In this document: piece after piece, positions 53,730 through 64,000 of the stretch | How the letters are laid out: every line of letters begins with the position of its first letter | How positions within the stretch are numbered: position 1 is the first letter of the stretch | NCBI GenBank assembly: GCA_964016885.1 | Contig: OZ024741.1 | Coordinates: 310,372,001 to 310,436,000, forward strand | Direction of reading: 5' to 3' | Source: Eledone cirrhosa | Taxonomy: Eukaryota | Length of the DNA stretch: 64,000 nt | Made by a program: the position numbers and the translations under genes | The notes under the pieces: model-generated | What the model was told of the DNA's origin: nothing | What the model saw: only the letters and a program-made list of their open reading frames with translations | The model's database searches: none

Positions 53730-56700
53730 AATGGAAAAATTTGAACAGGTACAAAACAGACAGGCAGTACAACAAATGTTTATTAATTTCACGCTCTGGA
53801 GAGTGGGGTGTTGGTGGGGGACGACGTTTCGGGCATAAGCCCTTCCTCAGGTGGGAAGTGTGTGGGAACAGAGTTCAAAGGGTGTGTAGGGGAGTGGTGG
53901 AGAGACATGTAGCGAAAGGAAACGGTGCGAATGAAAAAATAAAAAATAAAGATAAAAATAAAAATAAAGCATGATCAAAATACAAGGAATGAGATAAATT
54001 TAAAAATAAAGGCATGATCAAAATAAACTGAAATTAAAAGGGGGTTAAACAGGTGGTGGAAGGGTGTGGGGTGTGTAGGGGTGGTGGCGGGTGGAGTGGG
54101 GAGAGGGAGACGGAGTGTCCGAGCGGGGAGGGCTGAAGGTGGTGTGTGTGTGTAGGTGTGTGTGTGTGTGTGTGTGTATGTGAAAGTAAGGGTTGGGGGA
54201 AGAACGGGATTGCATGTTCAGGAAGAGGTGTGTGTGTGTGTGTGTGGGGGGGGAGTTTGTGGGTCGGAGTGTCTGTGCGTGTGTGGATAGAGGGGTAGGG
54301 GGAGAGGAATCAGGAGGCTGAGGGTGTAGATATGTGGTGGAAAGCACGTGTGTGGAGTTTAAGCGTGTTGTGGGTGTAGGTGGCGTGTGGATAAACAAAA
54401 TTTTTTTGGGGTGTGTGTGTGGGTGAGTTATATAGGTGGTTACGTAAGAGGATGGTTGAAAAGTTGGTAAATTCCGAAGATGTTTAGTGGATTGGTGGCT
54501 GGTCAATTTCTGCGTGTGGGTATTCCATGAAGCGATGGTCGGAAGAGGAGAGATGTGGGGTGCGCGCGCAACAGGAAGTGGTCAGCAGTGGGAGTACTGT
54601 GGTCTGTTTGTGCTGGGAGGTGGTCAGAGGGCATAGCAGCAGTCGGTGGAATGGTAAAGGGGCGAGGATGGGTAGGTGTGAAAGTTGGAGTGTGGAGGGT
54701 GTGTGTGTGTGTATTAGTAGGGGTGTTAGTGGGATGAGTGAGTGTTGAGCGAGGGTGTGGGTGGAGCGGGGAGAGAAGGGTGTGTGTGGTTCTATGGAGG
54801 GAGTGTGGTGTACTGGTGTGTGTGTAGTTTGATGAAGAGGTGTTAGTGGGTGTTAGTATACGGGAGGTGGGGAGGGGTTGAATGCAGGTGTGAGTGGGGG
54901 TTAGTGGTGGTAGGGTGTGTAGAGTTGGTGATGTACGAGGGTGTGTGGGTACGTGTGTGTGGGGTTGGGGGGTATTAGTGATGTTAGTTGCGTGTGGAGT
55001 GGGTGGTGTAAGTGGGTGCGTGTGTTCGTGTGCTTGGGGTTAGGGGGTGTTAGTGAGGTTAGTTGCGGGGTGGTGGGATGGAGGTGTGGGGGTGAGAGGT
55101 GTGGGGCTGAGGGTTAGTGGTGGTAGTAGGGTGTGTGTTTAGTGTGTGCGCGTGTATATATGTGCCGGTGGGTGTGTGCGTGTGATAAGGAGGGGGAGGA
55201 GGAGAAGAGGGGAGGGAAGGGATGTTAGTATGTTAGTTGGGGAAGGGTGGTCAGATGAGGGGTGGAGTGGAGGTGTTAGTATTGTTATTTGTGGGGTGGG
55301 CGGTGAAAAGGAGGGGTGTGTTAGTGGTGTTAGTGGGGGATAAGTGTGGGGGGAGGGGGGCGGTCGAAGGCTAAAGGAATAATGGTGGGGAGTTCAGGCC
55401 GGGGGGAGTGTGGGTCTGTAAGATGAAGATAGTTCGTTGTTCGACCGTAAGGCGGTTGGCGGGGGTTCCGTGGCACTGGAGTAGGCCACAGACTGTGAGA
55501 TGGCGTGCGGAATGTCCAGGGCCACCAAAGTGACGGGCGATGGGGGAACTGCCCCCGAGACGAATATTCCGGAGGTGCTCCGTGACTCGGTCCGCCAGGC
55601 GACGTCCCGTCTGTCCGACATAAGTCCGTAGACTAGGTTGGAGGAGGTGCAGCGGAAGGCATGCCGGACCTAGAGAGAGTGGCCGTTGGGACCCTGGAAG
55701 GTGGTGGTGTTGGTGATGTGGGGACAGGTGTTGCAGCGGGGCCTAGAACAGGGAAAGGAACCGGGGGTGGAAACAGAGCGTGGGTTTGGGGGTAGGGAGC
55801 TGTGGACGAGGAGGGTGCGGAGATTGCGTGCGCGTTTGAAGGAGGGGAGTGGTGGGGTTGGGAAGATGTGGGAGGTGGAGGGGTCGGACTGGCGGCGTCG
55901 GAAGAGGCTGCGGATGGTTCGGTGGAGGGGTAAGGTGGAGGGGTGGTAGGTGATGGGGAAGGGGAGACGGTGGGTGGGTGTGCGGTGACGTGGGGTGAGG
56001 GTGGTGGAGCGGGGGACAGCACGGGCGCGGGTGAGAGCGGTGTGGACGAGAGAGGGGGGGTAACCTCTGCAGATGAAATGGCTGACTAGGGAAAGGGCCT
56101 GGGACTCAAAGTCAGCATCACGGCTACAGAGGCGGCGGATTCTGAGAAGTTGGGAGTAGGGGATGGAGTGTTTAGTGTGGGTGGAGTGGGAAGAGGTGAA
56201 GTCGAGTTAAGAGTGGGAGTAGGTGGGTTTGAAGAAGGCGGAGGTGACGAGGGAGTGGTGGGAGGGGTCGAAGGCGACGGAGATGTCTAAGAAGTGGACG
56301 TGGGTGGTGGAGATAGAGGTGGTGAAGTGGAGGGAGGGGTGGAAGGAGCAGAAGAAGGAGAGAAAGGAGTCGAGCTGTTCTCGGGTGAGGGTCGTGGCTC
56401 CGATACAGTCATCAATGTAACGACCGTACAGTTCGGGCGTGGGGCCGGTGTACTGGGCAAAGATTTGGGCCTCAACATGGCCAACAAAAAGGTTGGCATA
56501 GTTCGGGCCCATTCTTGTACCCATGGCTACCCCCGTGACCTGTTGGTAAAACTCACCCGAGAAGGAGAAACAATTCAGGGTGAGGACCAGCTCGGTGAGG
56601 CGAAGGGGGGTGGGGGTGCAGGGAATAGGGGAGGGGCGAAGGTCGAGGTAGTGTTTGAGGGCGCGAAGGCCGTCGGCGTGGGGGATGACTGTATAGAGGG

Positions 56701-58560
56701 ACTTGATGTCTAGGGTGAAGAGGAAGGGCTGTGGGCCGGGTGGGTAGGTGAAGGAGTCGAAAAGGCGCAGGGCGTGGTTGGTGTCGGAGATGTGGGAGGG
56801 GAGGGTGGTGACAAGGGGGGCGAGGAGGGAGTCGAGAAAGGCGGAGATGAGTTCGGTGGGGCAGTTGCAAGCGGAGACGATGGGCGGCCGGGGTTGTCGG
56901 GTTTGTGGAGTTTGGGGAGGAAGTAGATGGTGGGGGTGCGGGGGGTGCGGACGATGAGGTGGGAAGCGGGGGGGAGGAGGAGGCGATAAGGTCTTTGATG
57001 GTGGAGGAGACTTGTTGTTGGAAGAGGGGGGTGGGATCGGAGGGTAGAGGGCGGTAAAAGAGGGGGTTACAGAGCTGCCTGAGGGCTTCGGCCGTGTAGA
57101 GGTCCGCGCGCCACACCACTACGGCGCCTCCCTTGTCCGCCGGTTTGATGACGATGTCATCTCGGCTATGGAGGGAGCGGAGAGCGAGGAGTTCGCCCCG
57201 TGAGATATTGTACCGTTTGGAACGGTGGCGGAAGTCGAAACGATTTACTGCGTTACGGCTGGCATCGACGAAGGCGTCCATGGTGCTAAATTGCCCTGGG
57301 GCCGGCGTCCAAGAAGATGGTCGTCGGCCCAGGGCGAGAAACGGGTCTGGGGCGTCCGGAGCCGGTGGCGTTCGGCTGAAATGTGCCTGTAGCTTAGTGC
57401 GTCGCACGAATCGCTCGACTTCCGTTCGGGTGCGGAACTCGTCGCTGTGCGGAGTGTGGGGTATGAAGCGAAGGCCTCTACTAAGGAGCGCTCAGGTGCG
57501 GAGAGGGGGAGGTCAGGGGGTATGGTGACAACAAGGGGTGGGGTTTGGGTGTTTGGGGGGAATGGAGGGTGTGGTGAGGGGTGAGGTGGAGGGTGGAGAT
57601 TGGGTAGAGGTGTGGGTCGAGGGAGAGGTGGAGAGTGGTGGGCGTATGGGGATGGGCGGGTGGTGGTGGTGGTGGTGGTGGGGGAGTGTAGCTTGCGGGC
57701 TTTGGTGGAGCTGAGGAACGAGAAGAGGTTGTGGTTGAGGTTTTGGATGAAGGAGAGGATGGCCTGGGCGAGGAGGGGGTGGCAGGTGGAGGTAAGGCGG
57801 AGGAGGGTGGGGGTCAGTTGGTGGTCAAGTTGGCGGAGGGTGGAACGGGAGGTGCGGATGGAGTTGCGCATCAGGAGGCGTGAGGATCGGGTGAGGATAC
57901 GTTGCATGGAGGGGGAAGCGGCGAGGGAAGGGTGGAAGTGTAGACGGAAGCCGAGGGGGATCAGGTGGAGGCGGAGGCAGTAGCTGAGGAAATGGATGTG
58001 GCTGGAGTGCCGTGTTTTGGCGAAGAGAAGGTAGGAGAGTTGAAGGGCGGAGGCGAGATAGCAGGGTGGGAGGAGGGGGGTGAAGAAAAGTTTGAGGCGA
58101 TTATGTAGTTGGTGGAGAAAGGATCTCAGGTTGGGCATGATGGGCGTTGGGTGAAAGCAGGGGGAGGGATGAGAAGGCAGGGGTGTGAAGCGGGGTGGAG
58201 TGAACGAAGGGGTGAGTGCGAAGGATAGGCAGAGACGGGGAAGGGAAAATGAAACGGAAAAACGTAGGGAGGGGGGAGTAAACACAGGAAAATTAAAGAC
58301 AAAAAATCATAAAGGTAAAGACACAGGCGATCGTGAACAAAAAATCATAAAGGTAAAAACACAGGCAACCGTGAACAAAAAATCATAGAAATACAATTGT
58401 AAGAACACAGGCAAAGAATCTTATACGGAAAAAAAACAAGTACAGTAACAAAATCAAACAGAGGTAATGCGTGGAAAGAAAGACCAAGTGTGGGAAGGTG
58501 TGCAAAGTTCGGAGAAAGGTCACGGCGGATTAGATCGGGGTTGAGCCGGTAGTTAAGTTA
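53730..58560 (-). mobile_element. Neptune-like Penelope element, GC-rich, near full length
   Basis: DIVIKPADKGGAVVVW, LDIKSLY, GVAMGTRMGPNYANLFVG, YGRYIDD, FLDISV, IPYSQLLRIRRLC, Cys linker PCSRPRCNTCPH, CTSSNLVY. Long low-complexity 3' region ending in an HHR (53821-53852). Confidence 0.92.
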
Positions 58561-58561
58561 T

Positions 58562-58998
58562 GTTCCCCTTCTTCTTGGTGAGACAATTACAAGAAAGGTT
58601 CTTAGAGAAGAATAAGCCACTATACTTAGCCTTTGTTGTCCTAGAGAAGGCCTTTGATAGGGTACCCCGATCTGTCATCTGGTGGTCCCTAAGCAAACTA
58701 GGAGTTGAGAAATGGCTTGTGAGGACAGTGCAAACTTTGTACAGAGGTGCTATCAGTAAAGACAGGGTAGGAATGGAGTTTAGTGAGGAATTCCAGATAC
58801 AAGTAGGAGTACATCAAGGTTTGGTCCTCAGCCCGCTCTTGTTCATTATAGTCCTCCAAGCCATAACAGAGGAGTTTAAGACTGGCTGTCCATGGGAACT
58901 TCTCTATGCTAACGATCTGGTTCTTATAGCAGAATCAATAGAGGAGCTAGAGAATAAATTCTGGCTATGGAAACAGCAGTTGGAAGCAAGAGGACTGA
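58562..58998 (+). mobile_element. RTE-clade LINE RT fragment
   Basis: LVRQLQERFLEKNKPLYLAFV.LEKAFDRVPR...VGVHQG.VLSPLLFI...ELLYA(N)DLVL. Confidence 0.92.
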
Positions 58999-59152
58999 GA
59001 AGGCAGGGGTGTGAAGCGGGGTGGAGTGAACGAAGGGGTGAGTGCGAAGGATAGGCAGAGACGGGGAAGGGAAAATGAAACAGAAAAACGTACGGAGGGG
59101 GGAGTAAACACAGGAAAATTAAAGACAAAATATCATAAAGGTAAAGACACAG

Positions 59153-59214
<62 letters not shown>

Positions 59215-59290
59215 AGTATTTGTGTGTGTATGTGTGCGTGTGTGTATGTTTGTGTGTGTATAGTAAATACGTAAGAAGTTTATGATATAC

Positions 59291-59425
59291 CTTCTTGGCA
59301 ATTGTCACCAATATAACCCGCAGAACATCTATCTGAACATGATCCATTACGCCTGTCACAGTTACTATTGTTGAGACAATGGCATATTTCATCACAATCA
59401 ACACCAAATTTTCCTACTGGGCATT
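59291..59425 (-). CDS. EGF-like exon: ECPVGKFGVDCDEICHCLNNSNCDRRNGSCSDRCSAGYIGDNCQE
   Basis: attttcag| acceptor, AG|gtat donor, 135 nt, phase 1-1; paralogous to 37855-37986. Confidence 0.93.
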
Positions 59426-59719
59426 CTGAAAATATCAATATATATGATAATGTTGAAGATATCATTAATTACATACAGATATCAATGATACAATTGTATA
59501 CCAAATTTTAAGATTAAAGTGGCCTTGGGATAAAGAAATGAACTTGTATACTTATTGAATATTATATCGATCCTCTATAATATATACATGGATTTTCAGT
59601 TCAGTTAAATGCAATGTTAAAAACATTATGCAAAAAACAAACAATCCAATTTCATCAGAAAAGTAACATATATAATCCTACAAAATCTTACCATATTCTA
59701 TCAGTTCCTTCTTTAAAGG

Positions 59720-60779
59720 CTTCAACCTCTCTATACAGGTTGAGGCCAACCTCTCGGTCGTTAATTACCTCGACGTTACCCTCAATTTTTCGAATGGCTT
59801 GTATTACCCGTATAGAAAGCCGAATGATACGCTTAATTACATAAGTAAGCATTCTAACCATCCTGCCAGCATAACCAAGAACCTGGTAAGAAATGTTTCT
59901 TTGAGGCTTTCCCGTCTATCTACTAACGAGCATATTTTCAACGACCATTTCACATATTACAATGAAGCTCTTGCTCGGAGTGGATTTGTCGATAAGGTAG
60001 CATATACAGAGTACGAGAATAGACCTAGAAGAAATAGATCCGGACGCATTATATGGTATAACCCAGCATATAATATGGAAGTGGCCACATCATTAGCTAA
60101 GATCTTTCTCTCCCTTATTATGAAGCATTTTCCCACCTACACATAAATATAGTAACATTTTTAATAGAAATACTATTAAAATTTCTTACTCTACGACTCC
60201 TAACCTTGCACATAACATCACAGCTTCGAATTTAGCTAAACTACCTAGCCGTAGGAACACGTGCAACCCTGTAGTTAGTACTAACTGTAATTGTAGGAAT
60301 CGAGTTGAAACACCCACGTCTCGTAGGGCCTACATAGGGTTAACCGCCAATATATTCAAAAAGCATCTTTACATGCATACCCATTCTTTTCGTTACCCTT
60401 TAAGAGGGAACATGACGTCACTTTCAGCTTATATCTGGAGTCTAAAAGACAACCACACCCAATATAAGTTACTCTGGGAGATCCTAGCTAGGGCTAGATC
60501 GTATAACGGAAATAAAAGACCATGTGACCTCTGCGCCGATGAGGTCCTGGAAACACTCTACGCCACAGACCACATCTTAAACAAAAAATCTGAGGCAATT
60601 TCAGCTTGTAAACATAAATTGCACAAACTATTCCTGTATACGTGCGAGTATTTGTATACCTATGGCGAGTGTTTTCGCCATAGTTATGCTCAATATTTGC
60701 TCTACGGTTCTTATATATTTGATATATATTTATCCTTATCGAGCCCTCTTTGGATTTTACTCTTCAAATTTATTATTAT

Positions 60780-60780
<1 letters not shown>
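59720..60780 (+). mobile_element. PLE fragment (RT thumb + GIY-YIG), same family as 154-1700
   Basis: VNYLDVTL, YYPYRKPND, SNHP, IIWYNP, KHFP, YIGLT, CDLCADE. Confidence 0.9.
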
Positions 60781-60837
<57 letters not shown>

Positions 60838-60864
60838 GTGTGTATATATATATACATATATATA

Positions 60865-61292
60865 TCTAAGGCGGGTAAAATTCCCGAGATCCATGGACGA
60901 GTTCTCTCCAGCGGTCTCTGTCCCTCATTATCGCTGCCATGCCCTGCGTCTCCAACAGACCAGTGTCTGTCTTTAGGGTATCAACATACGTTAACCTTGG
61001 TCTTCCCCTTCTAGTGTGTCCATGTAGGGGCTCTCAAAAGAGCACTGAGTGCTATGTCAACTCTGGATGTCGGTGAGCATGTCCAGCTAACCTCCGTCTC
61101 CCCTGTGTCACTTTTGAGCTGACTTTTGGGATGCTTCCATACAGCTCTGAGTTTTTCATCCTCAATTTATACTGATTAATGTTCAGAGCCATCCTCAGCA
61201 TACTCGTGTAGCACCCATCCACCATCTGAGTGAGTATTTTGGTCAGTGTCCAAGTCTCAGACCCATACAGCAGCACAGACTCCACTACAGCA

Positions 61293-61293
<1 letters not shown>
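60865..61293 (-). mobile_element. RTE/RTEX-like LINE 3' fragment
   Basis: AVVESVLLYGSETWTLTK...DGCYTSMLRMALNI...RLAGH..RHPE. Confidence 0.85.
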
Positions 61294-61330
<37 letters not shown>

Positions 61331-61489
61331 TGAGAGTGAGAGAGAGAGAGTAGAGTGAGAGAGAGAAAGAGAGAGAGACAGAAAAACAGCGACAAGAGTG
61401 AAAATTAAAATGTTGGCTCTAGTATAGCTTTATACATATAAGTATGTGTAGTTTAGATATCTAGCAATATGCGCTTTGTTTATGTATAA

Positions 61490-61682
61490 TAATTGTTTCT
61501 ATTTTTTGGCACAAGGCCAGCAATTACCCAGTACATTACTGGTACTTAATTTTATCGACCCCGTAAGGATGAAAGGCAAAGTTAACCTCGGCGGGATTTA
61601 AACTCAGATCATAAAGGGACGTGTCTCTATGCTTCAAATCATGGTGTCCGACTCTCTACCGATACTGCCAATCCACCGCCCT
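61490..61682 (-). mobile_element. Nin/Deu-like SINE
   Basis: Reverse complement of the 34925 consensus; 'ctttgtttatgtataataat' on both sides is a probable TSD. Confidence 0.88.
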
Positions 61683-61883
61683 TTGTTTATGTATAATAAT
61701 AACAAACAATTGAAAGTCTTCAGCTCTGAATGGGGACTGATGAGCAACAGCCATCTAGTGGATTCCATGAGAGGTAAGGGCGGGTAAATCACAACGAGCT
61801 TCGTTACTGACTCTTGTCGCTATCAAGACAGTGCTTCGTTAAGGGTGAAAGCACAGATTCTTTGTTTAAACTTTAATCTGTTA

Positions 61884-61954
<71 letters not shown>

Positions 61955-61958
<4 letters not shown>

Positions 61959-64000
61959 TTACAAAGTGTTAAATCAATCAAATTTTTGTTTAATACATTT
62001 ATTTGCTGACAATTGTTTCTTCCAGAGGGATGTCTGATTTCATCGGAGCATAGGGAATGTCTAAACAGGTGATTAAAATCCTAGTCGTTCAGAAGGAGCA
62101 CTGGTGGAAAGTGCAAGAGGTACAAGCAACAAGTACAGGCCAAAGACGTTACAAGCAAAGAAAAATATAAGATAGGATACACATAAGATATAAGATATAA
62201 GATATCATAGTATTGGACATCAGGTAATGTTAAGGGTATATAATGCAGGAATTAATACAATCAATAAGGCATGTATGAGGAAAGATTTATATTACAGCTG
62301 AAATAAGCATATTTCGTGTAGAATGTTAAAGCATGTTATACATACTTAGTACTACCCTCCATATTTATAATTATATATTAAACATATATAAGTATAAATA
62401 TTGTTATTATTACTATATACGTTTATTTATATTTATCTTAGTCCCGGTTACAATCGGAGGTATCCAGTTTAAGTATGAAACAAAATACAATTGTAGGGTG
62501 TAAATATCATGTTTAATATAGACATGGCTCCTACAGTACTAGAACTATTTCATTCAAAAGTAATCATCAGGAAAGCAGTTTCCTGATGATTTCTTTGGAT
62601 GAAAATATTCTAGTCCTGTAGAAGCGATTTCTATATGAAACATCATATTTAAACACGACCGTTTCATTGGTAAGTGCAACCTTATATTGCTATACTGCAA
62701 ATAGCAGCCACTCAATGATAATTGTTGTTCACGTCCAAATTTTCAAAATAGTGAGTAAGTTACTCTTAAAAAAGTTCTTAATATATAGAGAAAAATATTT
62801 TTGGGGAATTGTATTTACTAGTATAGAGAGAGAGGAAGAGGAATTAGAAAGTGGGGGGGGGGGGGGGACAAACGGAATAGTATAGAGAGAGAGGAAGGGG
62901 AGAAGCTTTAGGAAGTAGAGTGACAAATTGAGATGGCGGGAGGGGTAGAGGTGGAAGAAGTCCTTGAACAGTTTAAATACATAACTTCATGTCGTCGATT
63001 TAGATTGTAGTGAGTTAAAGAGAATTAAATTGTTTATAGTGGGAGGGGTGGAGAGAGAGACGGAGGGGGGGGGGATATAGAGAGATAAATATATATATAT
63101 AAAAAAAATAAAGAAGGGGGAGAAAGAAGAAGAGAAAAGATAGCCAAAAAGGGGTGAGAAGAAAGGAAGAAAACGAAAAGAAATAGAAAAGGAATGAAGG
63201 AGAAGGGAGGATATAGGTATTGGTTTTGTGGGTAATTAAAGGGGTTAGATACAATAAAAGGGTAGAAAGTCTAAGTATATGCAGTTTGTCAGGTGGTAGT
63301 AAGAGGTTAAGGGTTCGATTTGCACTTGGAGTGCGAAAACCTTTCTTTGAGTCTATGGTTACAATAAATTGATCTTTCGATTTTATTGTTCAGTAACTTA
63401 TTCTTCGAACTCCAAATGTGGAACAGCTCAAGGTCACATAATCGACAGCTTCTCATACCACTCCGATATAGGGGCGCGTTCGATAATTTTTTCCACTTCA
63501 GGGTGTATTGGTGGTTACTTTCCATCAGTTGCCAGGTCTTGTTTGCAAGGGTAGTTACATAACGATGCTGGGAATGTTTCATTGCCTAACGGTGTGTATA
63601 CCAACGGGCTTTAAATGTATTCCTAGTCGCTCCGATGTAATACCATTTCTGGTTGTCTGATTCTACTGTGCATTGGTAAACCAGGTTAGACTGCATACAT
63701 TCATTATGTAATGGACATGTTTCAGGTAGGTGGCAGTTACATTTCTTGTCATGGGGAATTTTTGCATTATTGGTGGGCTGCGATACCTGTACAAGTGTGT
63801 TACGTTTTGTTTGCATATTAGTGGGTGGTTGTGTATTAGATATTCTGTTGTGTTCAATGGTGATTGTATTGTTATTGTTATAAATTTGTGTTATGGTGTT
63901 GTTATGTATCTTTTTAGCGTTAAGCATCTTAATGTGTGCCTCTATGTTTGGTGCCGTGGAGTAAGATAGTCTAATAGATTTAGTGTTAAGGAATTTGCTG
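61955..64000 (-). mobile_element. PLE 3' portion (GIY-YIG) running off the window
   Basis: CNCHLPETCPLHNECMQSNLVYQCTV..WYYIGATRNTFKARWYTH...CRLCDLE. Terminal HHR-like motif at 62004-62050 (tgct-CCGATGA...GAAA-caattg-TC-agca). A piece of its 3' region is also copied at 53400-53610. Confidence 0.9.

Noticed and set aside
57245-58285. 346-aa Pro/Leu-rich ORF as a host gene
   Set aside because: It is the N-terminal region of the Neptune-like PLE ORF, frameshifted from the RT.
62570-62600. Hairpin containing CTGATGA, as a hammerhead or SECIS (homolog at about 53520)
   Set aside because: CTGATGA is fully paired in the stem, there is no downstream GAAA/stem III or G.A quartet, and the homolog reads CTGGTAA.

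Overview
AT-rich, microsatellite-dense eukaryotic DNA, most likely a coleoid cephalopod (Octopus-like SINEs and RTE LINE; inference). Almost the whole window is intronic or downstream sequence of a minus-strand gene for a single-pass multi-EGF membrane protein. Its phase-compatible exons are EGF 59291-59425, EGF 37855-37986, TM 29674-29764, cytoplasmic 26005-26203 and possibly 25781-25853. The rest is retroelement material. (i) A 15.5-kb head-to-tail array of four Tx1/L1-type LINEs lies in a (GATA)n tract. (ii) Several families of Penelope-like elements (RT + GIY-YIG) carry at least 14 type-I hammerhead ribozyme motifs, including a U3-A8 core variant. (iii) There is also a non-autonomous Helitron, SINEs, RTE fragments and fold-backs. 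The top observation concerns the Tx1 elements. Their ORF1 stop sits inside a conserved splice donor (AAG|GTRAGT) and their ORF2 stop TAG is a conserved acceptor (pyrimidine tract-CTGTAG|G). The whole EN-RT ORF2 therefore looks like an intron, whose removal would join ORF1 in frame to a conserved basic, NLS-like 3' exon hidden in the '3' UTR'. All calls are by eye, without database searches.
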